Made by a program: the position numbers and the translations under genes. DNA of 64,000 bases from an uncultured Verrucomicrobiota bacterium (lineage in GTDB: Bacteria > Verrucomicrobiota > Verrucomicrobiia > Limisphaerales > AAA164-E04). This document shows positions 38,718 to 48,400 of the stretch, piece after piece (the stretch's first letter is position 1; the number at the start of each line of letters is the position of its first letter). The DNA lies in NCBI GenBank assembly GCA_964342825.1, contig CAYFHO010000006.1:62267-126266 (forward strand), written 5' to 3'. The notes beneath the pieces were generated by a model that ran no database searches, had not been told where the DNA came from, and worked only from the letters and a program-made list of their open reading frames with translations.

Positions 38718-39482
38718 ATGGATAAAGACCGCAAACTGCTCATCGCAGGTAACTGGAAGATGAACAAGACTGTTGCTGAAGGGCTGGACCTTGTTCAAGA
38801 ACTCGTTCGAGAAGTCAATCAAGTCAAAGAAATCGACATCGTTGTTTGCCCTCCTTTCACAGCACTGAGCGAAGTTTCCAAGAAAATCATAGAATCCAAC
38901 ATTCGTTTGGGAGCTCAGAACATGAGTGAACATACCGGTGGGGCCTATACGGGTGAAATTGCTGCCGAAATGTTAAAAGAGTTCCTGGTCCGCTATGTCA
39001 TTCTTGGACACTCGGAGCGCCGTCAATATCAGGATGAGTCTGATTCCCTGATATCAAAAAAAGCACTGGCTGCTCATGCCGCATCCATTAAGCCGATTAT
39101 TTGCGTAGGAGAAACCTTGGAACAACGCGAAGCAGATGTCACCAAGGACGTCATTGGAAGCCAGATCAAAGGTAGTCTCGCAGGTTTGACTTCTGATCAA
39201 ATGCTGGAAACGGTCATCGCATACGAACCCGTCTGGGCGATTGGCACAGGAAAGACAGCCTCGTCTGAGCAAGCACAGGAAGTGCATCAGTTCATCAGGA
39301 GCGTCTTGTCCGAGCTGCATGGTGCAGATATTGCAAAACAAGTCCGTATACAATACGGTGGCAGCGTCAAACCCGGCAATGCTCGTGAGTTAATGAGCCA
39401 GCCTGATATCGATGGTGCCCTGGTGGGCGGAGCCTCTTTGGACGCCAAGAATTTTTCGGAAATCATCCTGAACAGTATCTAA
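38718..39482 (+). CDS. tpiA: triosephosphate isomerase
   Basis: IAGNWKMN, ILGHSERR, AYEPVWAIGTG, YGGSV. Start at the ATG at 38718. Confidence 0.95.
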   Translation: MDKDRKLLIAGNWKMNKTVAEGLDLVQELVREVNQVKEIDIVVCPPFTALSEVSKKIIESNIRLGAQNMSEHTGGAYTGEIAAEMLKEFLVRYVILGHSERRQYQDESDSLISKKALAAHAASIKPIICVGETLEQREADVTKDVIGSQIKGSLAGLTSDQMLETVIAYEPVWAIGTGKTASSEQAQEVHQFIRSVLSELHGADIAKQVRIQYGGSVKPGNARELMSQPDIDGALVGGASLDAKNFSEIILNSI

Positions 39483-39584
39483 GGCCGAAATAAGTCCTGA
39501 AAATCTTCTTGATTTCAGGATTGCAACGTCGTAGCGGCTTTGACAAGCTGCCCGTTCTGAATTTTGAGAAGAAGTTAAAGTAGT

Positions 39585-40112
39585 ATGAGTTTAATCATTG
39601 GACTATTGACGATAGTATTGGTCATCACCAGTTTCTTTCTGATTCTGCTGATCTTGGTGCAGTTGCCCAAGAAGGAAGCAGGAGCTGGCTTGGCCTTTGG
39701 TTCTGGTGCCGCGGAGGCAGTGTTTGGAGCGGGTGCCGGCACTCCCCTGTCGAAGATCACGAAGTATTGTGCAACCCTGTTCCTTGGCTTGGCTTTGGTT
39801 CTTGGCGTTCTGAATTCCTACGAATCGAAGAAGAATTCCAGGTTGATTGATGAAGCGGCTGCGAGTCAGGCTGCCTCGACACCATCAACCACTCCAGCCA
39901 ATCAAACTCCGAACCCGGAAACAACTAGTCCCGTGGTGACCATACCGGGCGCCGAGAATGAAGAGGAAAAAGAAGGTTCCACCGATGGTGAGCCCGAAAC
40001 ACCCTCGGATGGGACGCCTACTTTGGAACCATCCTCTCCAGGGGTGGAAAACCAGGAACCTTTGACCCTGGAACCTGAAATCCCAATCACTCAGCCGAAT
40101 CCTGACAACTGA
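39585..40112 (+). CDS. secG: preprotein translocase subunit SecG with long Pro/Thr/Glu-rich C-terminal tail
   Basis: The N-terminal ~80 aa match the SecG layout (TM, LVQLPKKEAGAGLAFGSG, TM). The pgk-tpiA-secG synteny supports the call. Confidence 0.8.
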   Translation: MSLIIGLLTIVLVITSFFLILLILVQLPKKEAGAGLAFGSGAAEAVFGAGAGTPLSKITKYCATLFLGLALVLGVLNSYESKKNSRLIDEAAASQAASTPSTTPANQTPNPETTSPVVTIPGAENEEEKEGSTDGEPETPSDGTPTLEPSSPGVENQEPLTLEPEIPITQPNPDN

Positions 40113-40143
40113 TCTCAGGAGTCGACGACCCCCATTTCACTGT

Positions 40144-40177
40144 CCCCGGTTATCGAGAGGTAACCGGGGATTTTTTT
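40144..40177 (+). terminator. rho-independent terminator after secG
   Basis: Stem ccccggtta / taaccgggg, 8-nt loop, one a, then ttttttt. Confidence 0.85.
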
Positions 40178-40219
40178 CGTCCTTTCGCCGTGGAGGTGTT
40201 TCGATTATTCTACCTTCCT

Positions 40220-40903
40220 ATGGGAAGGAAAACATTTGGTGAACTTGGGTATCCCGGACGCCTGGTAGCGGTCGAGGGCCTGGACGGTTCTGGAAAATCC
40301 ACTCAAATCAAATTGATCAAGAGATGGATGGAACTGCAGGGACTTAAAGTTTTTTTCAGCGAATGGAATTCTTCCGTGCTGGTCAAATCGGCCACCAGCA
40401 AAGGCAAAAACAGGGAACTCTTAACCCCCACAACCTTCAGTCTCATTCATGCTACCGACTTTGCAGACCGATATGAAAGGCAGCTGGTTCCACTGCTGCG
40501 GGCCGGTTACATCGTCTTGTGCGATCGATATATTTTTACCGCTTTTGCCCGGGATGTCGTTCGGGGATGTCAACCCGAATGGGTGCGGGGGATTTACGAA
40601 TTCGCTGCCCAACCAGATCTCGTGTTCTTTTTCAAAGCGCCATTGGAAGTCACGTTGGGCCGCATCCTGGAAGGAAGGCCTGAACTCAAGTATTTTGAGG
40701 CAGGCATGGATCTGAACCTGTCTTCAGACATTTATGAATCATTCAGACTCTTTCAGGGAATGCAGTTGGAGCAGTACCTTGCCATGTGTATGGAATTCAA
40801 TTTTCTGATCGTGAATGCGAAGGGGCGGGTTGAAGAACAACAGAGCGTCTTGCGACAACTCATTTCCGAACACATTGAACTGGACGCCTTCAAGAAAGAT
40901 TAA
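40220..40903 (+). CDS. divergent thymidylate-kinase-fold P-loop kinase, paralog 1
   Basis: 227 aa. VAVEGLDGSGKSTQ Walker A and CDRYIFT (DRY-like). Lacks a recognisable REPGG dTMP motif. Start at the ATG at 40220. Confidence 0.75.
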   Translation: MGRKTFGELGYPGRLVAVEGLDGSGKSTQIKLIKRWMELQGLKVFFSEWNSSVLVKSATSKGKNRELLTPTTFSLIHATDFADRYERQLVPLLRAGYIVLCDRYIFTAFARDVVRGCQPEWVRGIYEFAAQPDLVFFFKAPLEVTLGRILEGRPELKYFEAGMDLNLSSDIYESFRLFQGMQLEQYLAMCMEFNFLIVNAKGRVEEQQSVLRQLISEHIELDAFKKD

Positions 40904-40907
40904 AATC

Positions 40908-41702
40908 ATGCCTGCCAACAGCAAACCTAAAACGGCCACTCAGAAAAAAGATACCCGTAAATCCGAATTTGGTAGAAAACTGAATGTCTCTCCCCCCGTG
41001 CTTTCAATGAAAAAATTCTACGGTCACGGTATTCCGAAAATTTCACTGGAAAAACTGACCGGTAAACTCATCGTCTTGGAAGGAGCAGACGGTTCAGGCC
41101 GTTCCACCCAGATCCGCAAACTGGTGGAATGGTTGGAAGGGAATGGTCATGCGACGGTTCAGGTGGGAATCAAACGCTCCACGCTGGTCAGTGAGGAACT
41201 GGAGCGCGCACAGGAAGGTAATGTCTTGAGTCAAACAACCATGAGCCTTTTCTATGCAACCGATTTTGCGGACCAATTGGAGAACATCATTATTCCTTCC
41301 TTAAAAGCAGGATTCATGGTGATCGCGGATCGCTACATTTATACTCTCATGACCAGGGATCTGGTACGCGGGATGAATCGTCAGTGGGTCAAAAACCTCT
41401 ACAGCATGGCATTGATACCGGATGCCGTTTTTTACCTCAATGTTTCTCCGAAAAAGCTCATTCAACGCAACCTGGCAAAGAACCAGAGTCTTGATTTTTG
41501 GGAAAGCGGAATGGATCTCGGGATGTCACGCGATATGTTCGACAGTTTCGTTCAATACCAACATAAAATGCAGCAGGAATTTCTGCGTATGCAAAAAGCA
41601 TACAAATTCAATATCATCGATGGGGACCGGGATCAGGAAGCGATTTACGAAGAATTAAAAAACGCTATCAACAAAGTACTGGCTGGCTCTGGAAAAAAAT
41701 AA
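40908..41702 (+). CDS. divergent thymidylate-kinase-fold protein, paralog 2 (Walker-A Lys replaced by Arg)
   Basis: 264 aa. IVLEGADGSGRSTQ (codon cgt at the Lys position) and ADRYIYT. Clearly similar to paralog 1 (ATDFAD, DRYI(F/Y)T, RDxVRG, (F/W)E(A/S)GMDL). Starts 4 nt after the paralog 1 stop. Confidence 0.75.
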   Translation: MPANSKPKTATQKKDTRKSEFGRKLNVSPPVLSMKKFYGHGIPKISLEKLTGKLIVLEGADGSGRSTQIRKLVEWLEGNGHATVQVGIKRSTLVSEELERAQEGNVLSQTTMSLFYATDFADQLENIIIPSLKAGFMVIADRYIYTLMTRDLVRGMNRQWVKNLYSMALIPDAVFYLNVSPKKLIQRNLAKNQSLDFWESGMDLGMSRDMFDSFVQYQHKMQQEFLRMQKAYKFNIIDGDRDQEAIYEELKNAINKVLAGSGKK

Positions 41703-41708
41703 AGCGGG

Positions 41709-43769
41709 TCAGAGCATTTGAAATTCTTTCTCAGCCTTCAACAAGGTGTAGCAATCGGGCAAATCCAATTCCTGAAGAATGGCCGGCACAAAAGTGGACA
41801 AAGGCCAATGATAGGATTCTGAGGTGGCGATCGAATGAAATGATTTCAGTGCATCCTTGAGCACCACGGAGTCCACAGCCTCGCTGAGAACGGCCGCAAA
41901 CGTCGCTGGTAAAGTTCCCCAACCTTGTGCAACCAGCCTGATACGCGAATGCCCGGCTTCTTTAAGCCACCTCAATACCTGCAATACATCGAGTGTTTTT
42001 TGTCCCACATAGGGTCGATGAAGCATGATACCATGAATGGCGTAAAAGTAATCATTACCATATGGCTGCAGGAAAGAGTTCTCGCCGCATGTGTCCGGTT
42101 TCGATTCCCCAACTCCGCGAACGTCACAAGCGTAGAAGGACGTCTGATCAGAAGGTTTCGGGACCTGAGCGCGTACCCAATCGTCCTGCCTTAATTCTCT
42201 GTCCGCGGAATGATGGGAAACATAAAGCACAGCTTCAGATACCTTCGTATTGGGACGCGAATAATGGCGCTCATTCCCCAAGCGATAAACCACACATTGA
42301 GCGTCGCGTTCCGATTCAATCACATAGGTCGTTGCATGCGGTAATGGATACCCACGGCTCCCGCGTGGTCTCAATATTCGATAATAGGGTTTGGAAAGAG
42401 AAGCAGGTATACCCAAGTAACGAGCGAGTGCCTGGCGAATTTGACCAGCGGACAATTCGGATCGTTTTTTAGAAAGAGCGTGAGCCTTTTCGGCTGTAAA
42501 ATGAAACACTGTTTTGGATCCCATTGCTGCCACCTGTCCTTCAGTAGTACATTGAAGATCCTCGTCTTTTTCAAGTTTGATGGCAGATTCTGGTGAAGCG
42601 ATTTGCTTTCCGGTGGCACGGTTGAACCAGGCATACATGGCTTCGCGATTCTCAGCAGAAAATCCATGATAAGTCGGTCCGATAAACAGTTTCACCTGAT
42701 CCTCCGCCCCCATTAACCGGTAGATGTGCTTGAGTTGTTCAAAGGCTTTACGCGCTCCCCGCACATCAAAGTAATCTTTTTCTTTGGCAAGGATGACCAC
42801 AGGTTTGGGAGCCATCGCGATCAGGTAATCCACATGATCCACTCCCAATGCAATGGATTTTGGGGGGCATTGTTCGGTGTCTGCTGGTAGTTCATTTTCC
42901 AGATTGCGCCTCAAGGTGGTTACGAAGCAACTGGGAGCCGCCATGGTCCATCGTGATTCCAAACCACATAACCAAGTCGTCATCGTTCCTCCTCCGGAGT
43001 TTCCGGTCACTCCAATGTGATTCGGATCGACCTCTTCACGTGTCAGTAAATAGTCCAGTGCACGAATTCCGTCCCAAGCTCTCCATGAACCGATGAACTC
43101 ATCAACAAGGAATTGTTGATTACCTGCATATAGGTGTTCGCGAACCCCGACACCAACAGTGGAACGCAGGTCATCATTGACATACTGCAATCGTTCTCCC
43201 TGCCCGATTGGATCGTAGATCAACACGACATATCCCATTCGCGCCAGGCCCTGAGAAAAACTCTGGTAGGCGGCCTCTGCTTTTCCGTTGCTCGAATGTC
43301 CACAGGTTCCTATGACTCCAGGCATAGGATGATCCACATGGGTTGGCACATAGAGGTTTCCTGTAACGAAAAACCCCGGGCGGCTTTCCAAAATTAACTT
43401 TTCAACTCTGTAGCCATCCCGCTCTAGAACACCTGTGATTTGGGGATTGAGAGGGGTGCGCTCAGGCTCAGGGCCAAAGCAGGCACGGATGTGTTTCCGA
43501 ATGGTTTGGATATAAAGCTCTGCATCTGATCTCGATTGCAGCGATTCTCGAATATGGTCAGATTTCTGAGTTTCTTCACGAACCCGGCGCACATAAAATT
43601 CTTGGACCATCCGAGGAAAACGGTTGAGGTCGGATCTTTCATCGGAATCCTGATGTGCATTTGCAGGTACAATAAAATCACGACTTGTAACCACCGCACC
43701 GGAGGCAGCGAGGGCGGCGGACTGTTGAATCCATTTTCTGCGAGTCCCTTTCCATTGGATCGATTTCAT
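41709..43769 (-). CDS. TAT-signal alpha/beta hydrolase (acetyl-xylan-esterase/peptidase S9-like)
   Basis: 686 aa. GTRRKWIQQSAALAASGA twin-arginine signal and the GVTGNSGGG nucleophile elbow (GxSxG). Confidence 0.7.
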   Translation of the reverse strand: MKSIQWKGTRRKWIQQSAALAASGAVVTSRDFIVPANAHQDSDERSDLNRFPRMVQEFYVRRVREETQKSDHIRESLQSRSDAELYIQTIRKHIRACFGPEPERTPLNPQITGVLERDGYRVEKLILESRPGFFVTGNLYVPTHVDHPMPGVIGTCGHSSNGKAEAAYQSFSQGLARMGYVVLIYDPIGQGERLQYVNDDLRSTVGVGVREHLYAGNQQFLVDEFIGSWRAWDGIRALDYLLTREEVDPNHIGVTGNSGGGTMTTWLCGLESRWTMAAPSCFVTTLRRNLENELPADTEQCPPKSIALGVDHVDYLIAMAPKPVVILAKEKDYFDVRGARKAFEQLKHIYRLMGAEDQVKLFIGPTYHGFSAENREAMYAWFNRATGKQIASPESAIKLEKDEDLQCTTEGQVAAMGSKTVFHFTAEKAHALSKKRSELSAGQIRQALARYLGIPASLSKPYYRILRPRGSRGYPLPHATTYVIESERDAQCVVYRLGNERHYSRPNTKVSEAVLYVSHHSADRELRQDDWVRAQVPKPSDQTSFYACDVRGVGESKPDTCGENSFLQPYGNDYFYAIHGIMLHRPYVGQKTLDVLQVLRWLKEAGHSRIRLVAQGWGTLPATFAAVLSEAVDSVVLKDALKSFHSIATSESYHWPLSTFVPAILQELDLPDCYTLLKAEKEFQML

Positions 43770-43850
43770 AGTGACAAATCTAGGTATGCATTATTTTAAA
43801 GGTGACCGCGATATTCAGGATCAAAAATATTGTATGGCGCGAATGCATCC

Positions 43851-45203
43851 TCATGGGGTCCGCAAATCCACGATCTTCTGCTCTGCACGAATCGCATTGT
43901 TTTCCAACTCGACTCGGCCTGCCTGTTGTTCTATCTGAATGCCTATCCTTTGAAAGGCCTGGTCCCCTTCCCTTGTTTCACGAATCACATTATTGCGAAA
44001 AATCAATCCATCCGTTGCACCTCGAATTCGGATTCCCGTTGCGGCACTGGTTCTACCATTATTTTCAATGAGATTGTCCTCCAATCGATTACGATGCCCA
44101 GCCATCCCATAGGTTTCATTTCGAAAAAAGACCCCAGCTTGATCATTCAAGACGACACGATTTCCTCGCAATAAATTATCCGTGTCCTTATGCCCGATGG
44201 AAATCCCAAATCGACCGTTGTTTTCCAATAAATTATTTTCAAACAAACCGTGACGCACCCGCCAGCAAAGAAACAGGCCATCCTCACCATTGTGACGTGC
44301 GGTATTATTGGAGACAACAGGACGTTGCGAACCGCTACCGGGATGCAGTCCCAAATGGGTATTTCCCTCGCTTATACAGTGAATCACCTGAACATCATTA
44401 GACTGCTGGAAACTGATTCCATCGCCAAAATAGTCCCTGACAATGCAATTACGGATGACGGTCCCGTGGCCACGATAAAGGTATATTCCCGCACCACGGC
44501 ATCCATTTAAAAAGAAATTTTCTTCCTTGTTGCCATCAATTGTCAAACCTTCCAGCTCCACCCCTTCACATTCAACGCCGCTCACAATTGGAAATACGCT
44601 GGCCGCATAGGCATCCTGACTCACCATGCAGTCCGCCATCAAGGGACGTGAAATGGCAAAGGTCGAATCACGCTTGCCGATAATGCGAGCCACTGTGGTG
44701 TGAAAACCTCCGGCACCACGATCAGTGATCATGATCCCCCCACCCATGACGAAACCTGTTGGATCTTGGAGAGTGACTTGTTCTTCACCGAAGTCACCAT
44801 CCAATGCCAATGGAGATCGATACGCTTTTACTTTTCGTAAAACCGTTTTTCCGGGAACACCTCGTACATGAACATTGGATCGTAAATGCAATGAATCCCC
44901 CATGTCATATACCCCCTCGGAAATCGAAACAATACCTCCTCCTAAACCAGAAATGTAATCCACCGCTGCCTGAAGAATGCGGTGGTCGCTCCCGATGAAA
45001 TCAGTCTTTTCATGACCAACACTGATCATCGGCATTTCTTCCATAGCCGAATGCATGCGGTCAGGCAATTGTTGTTCTCCGGGCAATGGTGCAACCTGGG
45101 CATGCAAGAAGGATACGCAAACTAAAAATATGCATCCCACAGTCATCATGGGATATGGGAAAGAAGCTGGAGTAAAGACAATGGGTTTTTGTATCCGTGA
45201 CAT
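43851..45203 (-). CDS. right-handed parallel beta-helix repeat protein (pectate-lyase fold)
   Basis: Repeated NN(L/V)IxxN..G(I/V) turns, e.g. FENNLLENNGRFGISIG, LEDNLIENNGRTSAATGIRIRG, FRNNVIRET. N-terminal hydrophobic signal; an alternative start is at 45149. Confidence 0.75.
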   Translation of the reverse strand: MSRIQKPIVFTPASFPYPMMTVGCIFLVCVSFLHAQVAPLPGEQQLPDRMHSAMEEMPMISVGHEKTDFIGSDHRILQAAVDYISGLGGGIVSISEGVYDMGDSLHLRSNVHVRGVPGKTVLRKVKAYRSPLALDGDFGEEQVTLQDPTGFVMGGGIMITDRGAGGFHTTVARIIGKRDSTFAISRPLMADCMVSQDAYAASVFPIVSGVECEGVELEGLTIDGNKEENFFLNGCRGAGIYLYRGHGTVIRNCIVRDYFGDGISFQQSNDVQVIHCISEGNTHLGLHPGSGSQRPVVSNNTARHNGEDGLFLCWRVRHGLFENNLLENNGRFGISIGHKDTDNLLRGNRVVLNDQAGVFFRNETYGMAGHRNRLEDNLIENNGRTSAATGIRIRGATDGLIFRNNVIRETREGDQAFQRIGIQIEQQAGRVELENNAIRAEQKIVDLRTP

Positions 45204-45380
45204 ATCAAGTGTTCTGTTTTGGGTAGGATCAAAGGCTAAATCACTATGTAATGGACATCAATCAAAACATCCACGATTGAGTGATGGAGAACCGTACAAG
45301 GAAAACGGGCCTTGGGGTGACACACGGTTGCACACCCACAAGACCCGTTCCAAGCCTTTCTGCCACTCAGCAGGAGCTTA

Positions 45381-45428
45381 AATTTTTTGGTAAAAGCGCC
45401 AGCGGCTTTTCAGAAGAGAGGCCGCTGA
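45381..45428 (-). terminator. possible terminator hairpin after the giant LamG protein gene
   Basis: 7-bp stem cagcggc / gccgctg with a 14-nt loop. Only a short T run follows on the minus strand. Confidence 0.35.
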
Positions 45429-45443
45429 CGTTGATAGTAACTA

Positions 45444-48400
45444 TTATCGAGCACGGAAGTAAGCCTGCCCTTGATCAGCATCCGTTGTGTAAGGACTTCC
45501 GGCACCTTCCACAGGGATCCATGGACCCAGCACAGAGGTGGCGCTTTCAAGAGTGGTTCCTTCCCATTCGATGCTTACCTGACCATCCACGGCGGTGATG
45601 GAAACGGAAGCGGCTCCGGCAGGTTTGTTTTTCTGCCCGCCTGCGAGAACTTCGACATTATCAATAGCCCACCACCAGTTGTTTTTGGCATCAAGGTAAC
45701 CAAAGGAAATAACCACGCTTTGAGCACCTTCAGGATTCCACAAGTCAAGTGAAACGCTCTCGTTGGTTTCATGATCGTGGAAGGTTGGTTCTGAACTGCG
45801 TGAAGTCCAGCGCTGGACCTCGACTTCATCCGTGCTTCCATCCGCCAGGGTATAGGTGGCTTTGACAACGGCCTTTTGATCGTTTTCAGGTCTCCAGCTA
45901 CTGCTGTACCGAAGGATCAGGGAATTCGACAGGATGGCTTCACCGATGGAAATGGATGGTGTATGCAACCAGGTATTCATGAAACCCATGGAATCTGGAT
46001 CACCTTTGTCATCCCATTCGTCACCGTCTGCGATGGCAACCGTTCCGACACCTTTCAGGAATTCGGTTCGACGTTGATCACCGGCGGTTTCGGCCCACCA
46101 TGCACGATCAGCAAAAGCCCAGCCTTCCCATTCACGAACACCAATCTCAGGGTCATCCAGACCAGGAAGATCTTTGTCGATCATCCAACCTTCAGGTCCA
46201 TCTGGAGTCCAAACGTTGTCGCCTGCAACTCCCTCATCCACGTTGGCCCCAAGAGCCAAGCCTTCGAAATCTTCGAAGAATAACGGAGGAAGCACACCTT
46301 TGACTTCGATGTTGTCGACAGCCCACCACCAGTTGTTCCTGGCTTCCAGATAACTGAAAGTCAGCGTCATGGTGCTGGCATCGGCTGGGTGATCAATGTT
46401 CACCGTGACGGTATCGTTGGGAGCGTGATCTTTGAAATCTTCCCCAGCTTCGGAGCTGAAGCGCAAGATTTCAACAGGAGCACCACCATCGAAGGAGGCT
46501 TCGACCAAACCGGTCTGAAGCACTTCAGGCCTCCAACTGCTGTTAAAACGAAGAGTCAATGTTCCCTCTCTGACTCCTGCAATGGATATTTCGGGTGTGG
46601 TCATCATGGTGTTCATGGCGCCCAAGGAATCAGGATCACCTTTGTCATCCCATTCGTCACCGTCAGCGATGGCCACGGTTCCAGTACCTTTGGTGAATTC
46701 AGTGCGTCGCTGATCACCTGCGGTGGCAGCCCACCATTCACGGTCGGCAAAAGCCCAGCCTTCCCATTCGCGCACACCCACTTCATCATCATCCAATCCT
46801 GGAAGATCATTCACACGGCTCCAACCGTCAGGAAGAGTATCGGTCCAAACTTCATCTCCAGCTAATGCCTCATCCACGTTGGGTCCAAGAGGGAGTCCCT
46901 CAAAGTCCTCTGCAAACAAGACAGCACCTTCAATGGCTGCTCTCACTTCAAGTAGAGCGGGAGAGCTTGCAGGAGTCGATCCTCCGTCATTGGAAACAAC
47001 CACGGTGTAGTTACCTGCGGATTCTGCGGTCGCACCTGTAATGGTCAGGGAATTGGTCACTTCATTGGACTGCTCGGTGGCAATCGAATCTCCATTAAAG
47101 AACCATTCATAAGTAAACGGCCCCGTGCCTTCAACTGTCACAGTGAAGGTTGCTTCTCCACCTGCATCCACTTCAAGCCCCACGGGGGAAGAAGCCAGGA
47201 CGGGAGGTTTGACTCCCGCATTGACAACCAGGTTATCAATGGCCCACCACCAGTCGTTTCCGGCATCCCACATACCGAACTTGATGACAACTTCTTGCGC
47301 TCCAGCGGGGTTATTGAGATCGATCAAAATGGTTTCATTGGGAGCATGGTCGTGATAGTTCGGACTTGCCTGATCGGATTCCCACTTGAGAATTTCAATG
47401 AATTCACCACCGTCGTAGGATATTTCAATGTTGGCGGTTTGGTGGTAATCAGAGTCAAACTCAGGACGCCAGCTTGAGGCAAACTGCAAGAAAGCGGTAT
47501 TTTCAGCAATGCCTTCCAGTGAGACAGGACGTGAGGTCACGTAAGTTTCGAACCAGCCTTCCTCCTCTCCTCGGGGATTGGTGTCGTCAGCCCATTCATC
47601 AGGATCCGCGATCAAAGCCGTTCCCTGACTCAAATTAAATTCGCTGCGGCGCTGATCACCGGCGGTGGCAACCCACCACTCTTTATCGGCAAAACTCCAG
47701 CCGGCCCATTCTTCAACACCGTTGTTATCAGGATCCCCGACTCCGGGAATTCCACTGTCATCGACTTCCCATCCTTCAGGACCTTCACGAGTCCAGGCCT
47801 TGTCAAATTCAAGACCTTCATCCACGTTGGGGCCAAGATTCAATCCTTCAAAGTCTTCGAAGTAAATCGCGGCATCAAAGTTATGGGTGAAAGATTTTTC
47901 TCCATCTCTGTCATCGGTGTAAGTCACCATGAGAGTGTGTTTGGTGCCGGGTGAAAATGGCAGGTCTCGATCTACGAAGATGGTGAAGACATCACCTGAC
48001 TGATTGATGGAAGGAGATTGAGCTTCCCCATTCAGGGTGAACGAAATCGTTGCTTGATCAATGGATGCGTCCCCCTGATTCAGAACGACACCAATGTCAG
48101 TGTCCCGGTTGGCAACATTGCCTGCCGGAGTCCAGGATTCCACATAGGATGGTACTGGAGGTAGCTCTTCAGGCAATCCTTCCGCGGTTGCGCCGCCCAA
48201 TGCAATGGCCTGTCCAGAGGAAATCGCTTCCCCTCTCAATTGAACACTGTTCACGTAACCCTCAGTGGTGAATCCGAACAGAATCACATCCAACTGAGTA
48301 TCGAGGGTATAAGGCCCGAACGGAAGGTCATCACTGGAGATGGGACTAGTTCCGGTCAAAACACCGTCGATGTATCGTGAGATCAGTTGATTCTCACCAT

